A stretch of DNA of 45,970 bases from an uncultured Muribaculaceae bacterium (GCA_964616495.1 CAZTRF010000003.1:1-45970), one strand, 5' to 3'. Positions 16,439 to 25,942 are shown, counted from the stretch's first letter. The notes: a model not told the origin generated them from the letters alone. Numbers and translations are program-made.

Positions 16439-17041
16439 ATGAAAAAAAGTTTGAAATATATAATGGTAAGTTTATTTTTAATTGGATTTGTCGTTTTACT
16501 TTTAAATGTTAGAAATCATCCGATTTTAAAGATTGATGGTTTAATAAACGATTTTATGCTAGCTATAAGAACCAATGGATTAACCCGTTTAATGAAAATC
16601 CTAACTAATTTAGGTAGCGGAATATTTTTAATATGTTTGTCTATTTTACTAGTTATCTTTATTAAAGAAAGAAAAAAGTCCTTTGCTATTTGTTTAAATC
16701 TTTTATTTGGATTTTTACTTAATTATGGTTTAAAATTTTTAACAGGAAGAAATAGGCCATTAGAACCTTTGATTGAAGTTACTGGATATAGTTTTCCATC
16801 GGGCCATTCTACAGCTAGTTTTACTTTTTACGGATTTCTTATTTATCTGATTTTAAAAAGTAATCTATCAAAAAAAATAAAAACTATTATAACGACAATT
16901 TTGGTTCTTATTATTATAACTATAATGTTTAGTAGAATTTATTTGGGAGCTCACTTTTTAACTGATATTATTGGAAGCATCTTAATATCTATTCCTTACT
17001 TAATAATTTTTATTAATGTTTTAAAATTAAAAAAAGTTTAG
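16439..17041 (+). CDS. PAP2-family phosphatase (BcrC / undecaprenyl-diphosphatase-like)
   Basis: PAP2 motifs KFLTGRNRP, FPSGHS and SRIYLGAHFLTD in a multi-TM protein. Start ATG 16439 after AGGGAAGG. Confidence 0.8.
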   Translation: MKKSLKYIMVSLFLIGFVVLLLNVRNHPILKIDGLINDFMLAIRTNGLTRLMKILTNLGSGIFLICLSILLVIFIKERKKSFAICLNLLFGFLLNYGLKFLTGRNRPLEPLIEVTGYSFPSGHSTASFTFYGFLIYLILKSNLSKKIKTIITTILVLIIITIMFSRIYLGAHFLTDIIGSILISIPYLIIFINVLKLKKV

Positions 17042-17143
17042 ACCAACAAGAGACATTATCATTAATTGTAAATGTCTTTTTTTTGTGCTAATATTCATAT
17101 AAATGAAAAAGGCATTAGTGACACTTTTAAAGAAGAGGTCGAT

Positions 17144-18187
17144 ATGAAAAAACATAGGGTAATAATAATTGGAGCGGGACCAGCAGGATTATCAGTGGCC
17201 TTAACTCTAAATAAATTGGGTTTAAAAGATGTAGTGGTAATAGAAAAATCTAAATTTCCTCGCTACAAATGTTGTGCTGGATATATTACTAGCAAAACAA
17301 AAAAAAGATATGAAGATTTTGGCTTAAATATTAATGAATGTCATTATTCTTTAATTAAAGATTTTAAGATTTTTTATAAAATGAGAAATAGACAAAATAT
17401 AATTAACAAGTTTTTATATACCAATAAAAATATTGATAGAGTAGAATTAGATAATAAATTTTATGAATTAGCTAAATCTAAAAAGATAAAAATAATAGAA
17501 AATACAACTATTTTAAAACATATAAAAGAAAAAAATAATTTAATTTTATCGAATAACAGTTCTTTTTTTTATGATTATTTAGTGTTTGCTGATGGCTCAA
17601 ATAGTTATGGTAATAGATATCAAAAGATAAAAAGTAAAAATATTGCTATGCAGCTAGTTTTTAATGACATCAAAAAAGAAGAGATTCAAATTCATTTTGG
17701 AATAAGTAACAAAGGATATGGATGGGTTAGTTCATATAACGGAATTACTAATGTAGGACTAACCGATGTTTTTAGTTCTAAAAATAACTATGAAAAAAAG
17801 TTTGAAGACTTTTTAAATAAATTAAATATAAAAGCCAATTTAAAAGATTTACGAGGAACATATACTCCTATTGGTATTAAAAAACCCATTATTGATAACA
17901 TTTATTATGTAGGAGATGCAGTTGGTGCTTGTGATCCATTAACATTATCAGGACTTAGATATGCCTTAAATACGGGTGAGTTTTGTGCCAAGGCCATTGC
18001 AAATAACAATAACAAACTTTATTTAAAGTATATTAATAAACTTAAAAGAAAATTTAGTTTTACTCACTTTTTACTTAAAATATTTTATCTCAACAGCACT
18101 TTATTTTGTGTTTTTGAGATTGGATGCCGTTATTTTGGAAAACTAATTTCCTGGGCATTTAATAATTTTTTTATTAATAAAAAATAA
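17144..18187 (+). CDS. FAD-dependent oxidoreductase (geranylgeranyl-reductase-like)
   Basis: Dinucleotide-binding motif VIIIGAGPAGLSVAL, and a later GDAVGACDPLTLSG motif. Start ATG 17144; the track start 17072 overlaps the upstream terminator. Confidence 0.7.
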   Translation: MKKHRVIIIGAGPAGLSVALTLNKLGLKDVVVIEKSKFPRYKCCAGYITSKTKKRYEDFGLNINECHYSLIKDFKIFYKMRNRQNIINKFLYTNKNIDRVELDNKFYELAKSKKIKIIENTTILKHIKEKNNLILSNNSSFFYDYLVFADGSNSYGNRYQKIKSKNIAMQLVFNDIKKEEIQIHFGISNKGYGWVSSYNGITNVGLTDVFSSKNNYEKKFEDFLNKLNIKANLKDLRGTYTPIGIKKPIIDNIYYVGDAVGACDPLTLSGLRYALNTGEFCAKAIANNNNKLYLKYINKLKRKFSFTHFLLKIFYLNSTLFCVFEIGCRYFGKLISWAFNNFFINKK

Positions 18188-18241
18188 TGCTAATGGTTTT
18201 TTATATTGAGCTTTGTTATAATAGATTAGTAAGAGGTAAAT

Positions 18242-19723
18242 ATGGCAAGAGGTAAAACATTTTTAAGCATTTTTAGTTTAAATGATCAGCTTTTATTAAC
18301 CGATTATTTTAACGATTTGAATAATAAAGTTTTATTAAATAAAAAAGATAAAAGATTATTTATTAAGGACTTTGAAAAGGCTATCCTTTTTTATTATAAA
18401 AAAAATTATAAAATTAAAAAAATTTTAAAATTACTAAAAACAAAAAATTTGTCTGATTTTTATATTAACAATTCTAATAGGTGGTATCCGCTGGATTATG
18501 CAGCGAAAATATACCCCTTATCTATGAAAAATAATTTTATGTCTACTTTTAGAATTTCAATATATTTAAAAGAAGAGGTTATTCCAGAAGTTCTACAAAT
18601 TGCTTTGACTTTTACAGTAAAAAGATTTCCTTCTTTTGCAACAACTGTAAGAAAAGGTTTTTTTTGGCATTATTTAGATGGTATTAAAAGAAGATTTGCT
18701 ATATATTCTGAGATGTATGCGCCCTGTAATAAAATAAACATCTCAAAAATAAATAAAAAGACTTTCAAAATTTTATATTATAAAAATAGAATAAGTGGAG
18801 AATTTTTTCATGTTTTAACTGATGGTACTGGAGGAATGGTTTTTATGAAAACTCTAGTAGCTGAGTATTTAAGACTATTGGGTAAAGAAATTACCTATAC
18901 AGATGAAGTTTTAAATCCAAAAGATTCTCCTTTAGACGAAGAACTTTCTAATGATTTTATAAAATTTGAGAAAAAAACTAAAAAGGAACGTTTAGGTGAT
19001 AAAACAGCTATGCAATTAGATGGGAAACTTTCTCGAGTGAAACCATGTCAAATTATTCACTTTGATATGAGTTTAAAGGATGTCAAAAAAATATGTGAAG
19101 AAAAAAGAGTCACAATTACTAACTTTTTATTAGGAATACTTTTTACTATTTGTAGTTATTCTACCTCTGAAAAAGGGATCATAAGTATTCAAGTACCTGT
19201 TAGTTTAAGAAAGTATTATAATTCAAAAACTTTAAGAAACTTTTCTTTATATACTAATATTATAATTAAAAATACAGAAATAGAAGATTTTGATACTTTA
19301 TTACAAAACATAAAAAATCAATTAGAAATAAAGACTGATAAAGAAAAAATGAATAATTTAATGGCTCACACATATACCCTTATTAATAGTATTAAGTTTA
19401 TTCCCTTATTTGTAAAAACTCCTATTACTAAATTGATATATGGTTTTGTGGGTGAAAAATCTAATACGACTGTTTTATCAAATTTAGGATTAGTAAAATT
19501 TCCTTCTTCATTTGCCAAAGAAATTGAAAAAATGGATTTTGTTTTGGGAACTACCAGCTTAAATAGAGCCTTATTTAGTGCAATTAGCTGTAATAACATT
19601 TTAACTTTAACAATGAGCAAACTAACAATCAATAAAGCTCTTGAAAATACCCTTTATAATTTATTAAAAAGTTATAATATAAACCTAAAGGTATATGGGA
19701 GTGATGAATATGAAAATAAATAG
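18242..19723 (+). CDS. HxxxD-type acyltransferase (condensation / alcohol-acetyltransferase-like superfamily)
   Basis: 493 aa with the catalytic-looking motif FHVLTDGTGG (HxxxDG). Confidence 0.55.
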   Translation: MARGKTFLSIFSLNDQLLLTDYFNDLNNKVLLNKKDKRLFIKDFEKAILFYYKKNYKIKKILKLLKTKNLSDFYINNSNRWYPLDYAAKIYPLSMKNNFMSTFRISIYLKEEVIPEVLQIALTFTVKRFPSFATTVRKGFFWHYLDGIKRRFAIYSEMYAPCNKINISKINKKTFKILYYKNRISGEFFHVLTDGTGGMVFMKTLVAEYLRLLGKEITYTDEVLNPKDSPLDEELSNDFIKFEKKTKKERLGDKTAMQLDGKLSRVKPCQIIHFDMSLKDVKKICEEKRVTITNFLLGILFTICSYSTSEKGIISIQVPVSLRKYYNSKTLRNFSLYTNIIIKNTEIEDFDTLLQNIKNQLEIKTDKEKMNNLMAHTYTLINSIKFIPLFVKTPITKLIYGFVGEKSNTTVLSNLGLVKFPSSFAKEIEKMDFVLGTTSLNRALFSAISCNNILTLTMSKLTINKALENTLYNLLKSYNINLKVYGSDEYENK

Positions 19724-20282
19724 AGCTTATCCCAAGATAACCCCTCAAATAAGTAAGATGATTCTGTTTAGAAGAATAATGATAGTTTTATCATCAATTG
19801 CTGTGGTGGTTTGTTTTATTGTAAATATTGCTACTGGTGGAAAACTATGGTTTTTGTATGTTTTGGGTGGAAGCATTATTTTTTATCTTTCATTTTTAAA
19901 TAAACCTTTAATAGAAGATACATTTATCAAAAGAATGACAGTCGTTATTTTTGTAATATGTGGTTATTTATATTTAATTGATTTTATTGAAAAAACCGAT
20001 TGGTCGTATTTTGTAATCACTATTATTTGTTTTAGTGTTTTAATATTTCAGGCAGTTATCTTTTTGTCATTGTATGAACTTCAAAAAAAACAGATAATAC
20101 CTATTTTTTATACTACTTTGGCCTCAGTTGTTTTAATGATATTGGCTTTATTTAACGTGTTAACTCTTAATTGGCCCATTATAGTATTAGGATCAATTGC
20201 TGTTTTTCTTTTGATATTATTTTTTACTATATTTAGAAAAAATATTATTAAAGAATTAAAAAAATATTTTTATATTAAATAA
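19695..20282 (+). CDS. Multi-TM membrane protein, unknown function
   Basis: About 5 TM helices. It overlaps the end of the acyltransferase gene. Probable start ATG 19704 or 19710, after GGGAGTGA. Confidence 0.55.
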   Translation: MGVMNMKINRAYPKITPQISKMILFRRIMIVLSSIAVVVCFIVNIATGGKLWFLYVLGGSIIFYLSFLNKPLIEDTFIKRMTVVIFVICGYLYLIDFIEKTDWSYFVITIICFSVLIFQAVIFLSLYELQKKQIIPIFYTTLASVVLMILALFNVLTLNWPIIVLGSIAVFLLILFFTIFRKNIIKELKKYFYIK

Positions 20283-20458
20283 TAAGCATATTATTTAATA
20301 GCTAGGAGGAATAAATAATAATTAATAATTTTCCTCCTAATACTAATCCTGAGTTATTTTCTAGTATTGGGGCCATTTTAGGATTTCTATTAGAAGATGA
20401 TTTTAACTCTTATGAATTAAATTCGATAGGGAATTTTATTATTTTAGTTGGCCAGTTT

Positions 20459-20662
20459 ATGCTTACAACAGCTGCTCAACAGCAGCTAATAAATTACCGC
20501 TACTCTAATTCTACGGGTAGTAGAATAAAAAGTGATAGTAAATCCCATACCTTTAAAAATCCAGAAAAGGCCAATAAAAGTGATCTTGATATGATTTATA
20601 GTTTTTTAGTAAAGCTACAACAAGAAGTTGAAAAGATTCAGAATGACTTAGCTCAAAAATAA
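20459..20662 (+). CDS. Hypothetical small protein (may extend upstream to about 20315-20321 with a non-ATG start)
   Basis: 67-aa ORF from the first ATG, which has no good RBS. The frame stays open for 135 more nt upstream, back to a stop at 20312-20314. Confidence 0.35.
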   Translation: MLTTAAQQQLINYRYSNSTGSRIKSDSKSHTFKNPEKANKSDLDMIYSFLVKLQQEVEKIQNDLAQK

Positions 20663-20666
20663 TAAA

Positions 20667-21491
20667 TTATTTCAATTCTTTTTTAATTAATTTAGCATGC
20701 ATAACTACTTTATCAAAACGATTATAACAGGTTGATAAAGTAACTATTTTATCAGATGCTTCCACCAAAGTATTAAAATTAAATTGACTTCTATTTAATA
20801 GAAGATCTAAAAAGCTTTGATATTCTTCATCATTGTTAAAATTTACTTTAAGGTAATCATTCGTCGTAGGAATTCGATAAATACTAAACACTTGCCATAA
20901 AGTGTTTTCTTTTTCGGTGGATATTTTGATAACAAAGTTATTACTATTACTGGTCCAGTCGTTCGTTAAAATATTTTTTAAACTGCCAAACATAGTTCTA
21001 TCTACTCGTCCATGAGCATATATAATTGTGTTTTTATCTAAAGTTTCCATATTGTTCCGATAATCAATAAAAACCCAACCTGAAGCATTATGGTTCTTAT
21101 CAAAAGATCTGTATAAATAATATTCATTATTTTTGGTTTGAACAAAAGGATAATTAATATTAGTGCCATTAACCATAATCCAACCTTTAACATCTTTATT
21201 TATTTTTTTTAATTCATCAAAATTAACATTAATTAAATCCATTTTAATATAGTCCCAGTAGGGATTAGCTTCTGGGATATCTTGGCTTTGATCAACAATT
21301 TCAACTTTCTCATTATTTGTAATATTAATAATGGCTGCTTTTTCTTCTAAAGAGGCAATCTGCTTATTAGTGTTTATAGAATCTAAATGCCATTTGATAA
21401 TTTGATAAGAAGAAACGCCCAAACCCAATATACAGATGAACATAATAATCACTACAATAAAATTTTTAAGCTTTAACTTTCTTTTTTTCAT
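20667..21491 (-). CDS. srtB: Class B sortase
   Basis: N-terminal TM anchor, then DVKGWIMVNGTNINYPFVQTKNNEYYLYRSF, NTIIYAHG and the active-site motif TLSTC. Confidence 0.85.
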   Translation of the reverse strand: MKKRKLKLKNFIVVIIMFICILGLGVSSYQIIKWHLDSINTNKQIASLEEKAAIINITNNEKVEIVDQSQDIPEANPYWDYIKMDLINVNFDELKKINKDVKGWIMVNGTNINYPFVQTKNNEYYLYRSFDKNHNASGWVFIDYRNNMETLDKNTIIYAHGRVDRTMFGSLKNILTNDWTSNSNNFVIKISTEKENTLWQVFSIYRIPTTNDYLKVNFNNDEEYQSFLDLLLNRSQFNFNTLVEASDKIVTLSTCYNRFDKVVMHAKLIKKELK

Positions 21492-21541
21492 ATAAACTCC
21501 TAGTCCCGTAATTATATCATTAAAAAAGAGAATATTTAATA

Positions 21542-21658
21542 CTATTTATTCTCTTTCTTTTTTTTGTAATCTTTGTTTATAATTTTGACCTTTACTCCTC
21601 TTTCGGCAGCAAACATTTTTTTAACACCGTCAGGAAGCTTCTTTTTATAAGTTCTCAT
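21542..21658 (-). CDS. Small, very basic 38-aa ORF upstream of srtB
   Basis: MRTYKKKLPDGVKKMFAAERGVKVKIINKDYKKKKENK. A GGAGGG RBS lies 5-6 nt upstream of the ATG. It is too short for the ORF track and has no family recognised. Confidence 0.35.
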   Translation of the reverse strand: MRTYKKKLPDGVKKMFAAERGVKVKIINKDYKKKKENK

Positions 21659-21759
21659 TTAATCCCTCCAACTAAAACATTATAACATAATTTTACAATA
21701 ATGATTTAATTTTATTGAATAAGTTTGATTGTTTCTTTATAATTATAATAGGAGGAAGT

Positions 21760-22965
21760 ATGAATAACTCATCATATTTTAAATTTGTTATAGCAGGAGT
21801 AGTGTTAATAATTTTATCAATACTTATTTTATGGTGGAATGAAAATATGGGTTTGAATAATGATAGCAACAAAAGAGAACTAGAAAACGCATATATAGAA
21901 ATAACTAGTAAAGAAGTTTCAGACATAACAGACGGCGAATTAGTGGTTATGAGCGATAACCTTACGAGTAAGGAAATGGTAGCTGATTCCCTTTTTGGAA
22001 TATCTATTAATTCCCCTAAACTAGAGCGAATAGTTGAAATGTATTCTTGGAAAGAAACTGAAAGTAAAGAGGGAATTATATATGAAAAGGTTTGGCAAGA
22101 AGCTTTAATTGATTCTGATTCTTTTGAAGACCAAACGAAAGTTAATTTAAAAAATAAACCTTATAATAGCGAATATTTTATTGCTGATGTAATCAATATA
22201 GGGGCTTATAAATTAAATAATGATCAAAAAAATAAGTTAATAGCTTCTAAACGTTATACAGAATTATCGGAAATAGTTGCTTCTGGACTTGGGTATACAA
22301 TCAAAGACAATTATTACACTAATAGTGAGGATTATAGCAATCCTATTATTGGGGATATTAGAATTAGTTTTAAATATATTGGAGAAAGCCCATTTACAGT
22401 AATGGCCGAACAAATAAATGATTCCTTTATAAGTTACGTCACTAAAAGTGGAGAAAAAATAAATTATATAACTGAAGGAAATTTAAGTGGCGTTGAAATG
22501 CTTAGTAAGTTTAATGAAGTTAATGTTATTGTTAAATGGGGAATAAGAGCCTTTGGCCTTGTATTAGCATATGTTGGATTTTTAATATTGTTATATCCTC
22601 TTTATGAATTAAAAATAAATATTCCTGTTATTAATATTATAATAAAAAAAAGTTACTGGGCATCGATATCTTTTTTGTTAGCAATTTCTATACCTTTATT
22701 GGTTATTGGCCTTTCTTGGATCACTTATAAAGTTTTAATAGGGGCCGGACTTCTTGTTGGATTTGTTTGTGTTTATGGTGGGATTGCTTATTTATTGCTT
22801 TTAAAAGCGGATTTTGACAAAAAAATTAAAGAGCAAAAAAATCGTAATGAAAACTTATTGGAATTAAAAAATAAAATGGACAAACCCATATCTGGCGAGA
22901 CTGTAGTTACTAATAGTAACGAAGAAATAGAACTTTTAAATATAAATAATAAAGATGTAAAATAA
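21760..22965 (+). CDS. TMEM43 / DUF1625-like membrane protein
   Basis: N-terminal TM ending in WWNEN, a large extracytoplasmic domain, then three C-terminal TM helices. Start ATG 21760 after a GGAGGAAG RBS. Confidence 0.55.
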   Translation: MNNSSYFKFVIAGVVLIILSILILWWNENMGLNNDSNKRELENAYIEITSKEVSDITDGELVVMSDNLTSKEMVADSLFGISINSPKLERIVEMYSWKETESKEGIIYEKVWQEALIDSDSFEDQTKVNLKNKPYNSEYFIADVINIGAYKLNNDQKNKLIASKRYTELSEIVASGLGYTIKDNYYTNSEDYSNPIIGDIRISFKYIGESPFTVMAEQINDSFISYVTKSGEKINYITEGNLSGVEMLSKFNEVNVIVKWGIRAFGLVLAYVGFLILLYPLYELKINIPVINIIIKKSYWASISFLLAISIPLLVIGLSWITYKVLIGAGLLVGFVCVYGGIAYLLLLKADFDKKIKEQKNRNENLLELKNKMDKPISGETVVTNSNEEIELLNINNKDVK

Positions 22966-22989
22966 AAGTGTAAATCTTAAAAAAGTTAG

Positions 22990-23029
22990 AACAGACAAAT
23001 TTTAAAATAGTCGAAATTTGTCTGTTTTT
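22990..23029 (+). terminator. Rho-independent terminator
   Basis: 13-bp stem AACAGACAAATTT / AAATTTGTCTGTT followed by TTTG. Confidence 0.75.
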
Positions 23030-23030
23030 G

Positions 23031-23059
23031 TTGCATTTAGGAAAACGTAATGCTAAAAT
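23031..23059 (+). promoter_or_regulatory. Sigma-A-type promoter of fibre module 1
   Basis: TTGCAT, a 17-nt spacer, then TAAAAT. Confidence 0.5.
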
Positions 23060-23089
23060 ACTAGTATGGATAGTATTTGGAGGATGAAT

Positions 23090-24169
23090 ATGGAAGGGAG
23101 TGCTGTTTTTAACTATTTAAATTATAAAATTGATTGTTCATATACCTATTTCAAGATAATATGGGAGACATTAGAATCAAAAATAAAGCTTTCTCGAAAT
23201 AATCGAAAAATAGTTCATCAAATCATTAAATATATGTTAGCTAAGGGTGAATTAAAAGAATTATTTGAGGGAGAAGAAATATCTCGAAAATTAACAATCG
23301 AAACTAATAGTAAAATAGTTCAAAAGCAATCACTTTTAATTATAGCTGATTGTGCAACTTGTTTATCATCATATTCGTCTGACATTAAGTCCAATATTAC
23401 TTCAACTGAAGCAATAAAGAAAATCAAGATAAAGTTAGAAAAGGTTTATTCAACTGAAGAACTCGCTTATCTAAAAAAAGAAGAAAAAAAGTTAAAAAAA
23501 GCCTTTGCTGTTGAAAGAAAAACTTTAAAAAGATTTTGGAATAATACAACTAATGATGTTTTTGAAGTAATTTCTGTTCCGATTTTTGGAATAGATTTGA
23601 GTTCCAGCCAAATGATGGATACAAAGCTCAAATGGATGATTAAGGATATTGACAAGGAAAATAAGAATGCAGTAAACAAGATACTAGCCAAATATGGAAT
23701 ACAAGATGAACTTACTATCATTGCCCTTTATGAAATAGAGCTTTTATTGTTAAAGTCACTTAATAATAAAAAATATATTTCGAAGGTATTTGTTGATCTT
23801 AATGATGAGTTTTTTAAAAACAAAAAAAACATTATTAAGTTACAGCAAATAATGAATAGTAAATTTCTTAAATCTAAAATTAATTTAAGAATAAGTAGTT
23901 TTGTATTAGGTTCTTACAGTGATGAACTGTCTTTGCTAAAAGAAAAAGAATTTGAATTTTCTTTAAATGAAATGGTTAATATGGAAGAAAAAAGTCTAAA
24001 TAAAATGTTAACCTATTGTTTTGAAGAATATGAAAAAATCAAAAATAGCAAAGGAAACAAAGAATATTGCAAGAAAAACAATATTAATGTGGTTATTACA
24101 AATGTTAGTAATAACGACAAAATTGTGTTTTGTCAAAAGAATGTAGGTGATTTTTTTAGAAAAACATAA
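23090..24169 (+). CDS. Hypothetical cytoplasmic protein, first gene of fibre module 1
   Basis: The ORF is open from 23066. ATG 23090 is the best-placed start, 5 nt after GGAGGA. It has no signal peptide or TM helix and no family recognised. Confidence 0.6.
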   Translation: MEGSAVFNYLNYKIDCSYTYFKIIWETLESKIKLSRNNRKIVHQIIKYMLAKGELKELFEGEEISRKLTIETNSKIVQKQSLLIIADCATCLSSYSSDIKSNITSTEAIKKIKIKLEKVYSTEELAYLKKEEKKLKKAFAVERKTLKRFWNNTTNDVFEVISVPIFGIDLSSSQMMDTKLKWMIKDIDKENKNAVNKILAKYGIQDELTIIALYEIELLLLKSLNNKKYISKVFVDLNDEFFKNKKNIIKLQQIMNSKFLKSKINLRISSFVLGSYSDELSLLKEKEFEFSLNEMVNMEEKSLNKMLTYCFEEYEKIKNSKGNKEYCKKNNINVVITNVSNNDKIVFCQKNVGDFFRKT

Positions 24170-24183
24170 TTTAGCTACATGAA

Positions 24184-24894
24184 TTGGCGGTGATGGTTAT
24201 TAAGGAAAAATTGCAAGTTAAAATTAATGCGGAAAAGCTCTATAAAAGAAAACTCCTTACTAGAATATCTTCTTTAGTAGTAGCTTCATCTATGTTAATA
24301 TTGGGCATTTTATATGTTATGTTATACATAGTTAATAAGACTGGTAATTTTACGATAAGCCTAGATCCAAATTTAAAGACGACTAAGAATATAGTTATGT
24401 CTGAAACTTCTACTTTTGAAACTTCAAGCAGCATTTTAAAAGTCAAAGCTTTGGAGTATATGGATAACATTACCGAAAGTTGGATACCAACAACCGTTAC
24501 AATTGATGAAGGCGACCATAGTGCCAACGATTATTTGGCATATACCTTCTTTGTAAAAAATGAAGGGAAAGAAGCCGTTGATTATTATCGAGAGATAAGA
24601 ATTCAATCGGTAATAAAAAACGTTGATAAGGCTGTAAGAATAGCGCTGTATGTAAATGACGTAAAAACTGTATATGCAAAACTAGCTGAAAACGGTTTGC
24701 CAGAACCTGGAACAACACCATTTCTATCAAGAGACTTAATTTTAAAAGATGATCGAAATGATTTTAGACCGGAAGATGTTGATAAGTATACAGTTGTAGT
24801 TTGGCTAGAAGGGGAAGACCCTGAATGCGTTGACGATATCATTGGTGGCGAAATGAAAATGTTAATGCAAATTAAAGAACAAGTTGAAGAGTAA
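24184..24894 (+). CDS. Membrane-anchored TasA/camelysin-like paralogue (TapA-like anchor candidate)
   Basis: One TM helix (ISSLVVASSMLILGILYVMLYIV) with no YAWF motif. The body shares blocks with neighbouring paralogues: YLAYTFFVKNEG, AVRIALY and VVVWLEGEDPECVDD. The start is uncertain (TTG 24184, GTG 24190 or ATG 24193). Confidence 0.6.
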   Translation: MAVMVIKEKLQVKINAEKLYKRKLLTRISSLVVASSMLILGILYVMLYIVNKTGNFTISLDPNLKTTKNIVMSETSTFETSSSILKVKALEYMDNITESWIPTTVTIDEGDHSANDYLAYTFFVKNEGKEAVDYYREIRIQSVIKNVDKAVRIALYVNDVKTVYAKLAENGLPEPGTTPFLSRDLILKDDRNDFRPEDVDKYTVVVWLEGEDPECVDDIIGGEMKMLMQIKEQVEE

Positions 24895-24931
24895 TCTTCA
24901 AAAATACAAAGAAATAAAAGGAGAATAGAAA

Positions 24932-25942
24932 ATGAATAAGAAAAAATTATTATCTGCATTTTTGATGTTGCTGATTACAGCAGTAGCCCTAACCACAGCA
25001 TCATATGCATGGTTTACTGAGAATACTACTGTTACCGTTTCTGATTTGGATGTTCAAGTAGATGCAACTAATGGTATTCAGATTTCTACTGATGGTATTA
25101 CTTGGAAAACATCAATTGCAACAACTGATATTACAAGTGGGTATTCTTTTACTGCAGCTGATGAGAGTACGGTTACTGATACCAATCAGTTACCATCAAA
25201 ATTAGTTGCTGTATCTTCTGGTGGGGTGGTTACAACAACTGCTGGGGTTAATAAAGGAAAACTAGAACTATTTAGAGGCGCAATTGATTCAACAACTGGA
25301 ACAAACTATTTAACTTCAGAGGCAACTAGAGAAGCAAAAGGAACATCGGGAGATTTTATTGTATTTGATTTATTTATTCAAACAACAATTGCTGAAGATG
25401 TATATTTAAGCACTGGATCAAACGTTGTTGCAAAACAAGGAACTCAAGATAAAGGTCTTAAAAACGCTGCTCGAGTAGCTTTCTTAAATGAAGGCACTGT
25501 AGCTGTTGGTTCTTCTCAAGAAGCTATCACCACTCAAAGCGGTGCTACTACAGCATGGATATGGGAACCAAACAGTGATTTTCATACTGCCGCTGGTATA
25601 GCTAATTATGTAAGCGTATACGGAAATACTGGCGTTCCTACATCAACTACTATAATGGCAAATTATCCTGCATTTATCGCAGCATTTGCAGTAGGCGATC
25701 AGGTACCTTTAAGTGCTAATGCAACTACACATGCTACTGATTTTGCTACAGTAACACCAGATTTAAAAACACCTGTAACAATAGCTGCTTCATCACATTT
25801 ATTTGCGGCTGCAACAAAAATTCCAGCTGGAGTTACAAAACTAAGAATATATATGTGGGTTGAAGGACAAGATATAGATTGTGAAAACAATGCATCAGGA
25901 ACAGATATAACATTTAAATTACAATTATCAAAGACTGCTTAA
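24932..25942 (+). CDS. TasA/camelysin-superfamily secreted protein with a SipW-cognate signal peptide (candidate major fibre subunit)
   Basis: N-terminus MNKKKLLSAFLMLLITAVALTTASYAWFTEN (compare TasA ...GGGTWAAFND). Strong AAAGGAGAA RBS. The protein is Thr/Ala/Gly-rich and Lys-poor. C-terminal IYMWVEGQDIDCENN block. Confidence 0.75.
   Translation: MNKKKLLSAFLMLLITAVALTTASYAWFTENTTVTVSDLDVQVDATNGIQISTDGITWKTSIATTDITSGYSFTAADESTVTDTNQLPSKLVAVSSGGVVTTTAGVNKGKLELFRGAIDSTTGTNYLTSEATREAKGTSGDFIVFDLFIQTTIAEDVYLSTGSNVVAKQGTQDKGLKNAARVAFLNEGTVAVGSSQEAITTQSGATTAWIWEPNSDFHTAAGIANYVSVYGNTGVPTSTTIMANYPAFIAAFAVGDQVPLSANATTHATDFATVTPDLKTPVTIAASSHLFAAATKIPAGVTKLRIYMWVEGQDIDCENNASGTDITFKLQLSKTA

Noticed and set aside
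23090-24169. Degenerate EAL (c-di-GMP phosphodiesterase/binding) domain in the first gene of module 1 (C-terminal NINVVITNVSNNDKIVFCQKNVGDFF recalls AEGVE…QG-x-x-F; KVFVDLNDEFF recalls K-x-D-x-x-F)
   Set aside because: The candidate motifs are out of the canonical order, and the EAL, DDFGTG and E-x-x-E motifs are absent. The resemblance is too weak to call without a profile search.
24240-24959. Minus-strand ORFs 24240-24527, 24497-24730 and 24603-24959
   Set aside because: They are fully antisense to the well-supported TasA-like gene 24184-24894, lack an RBS and have low-complexity translations. They are shadow ORFs.
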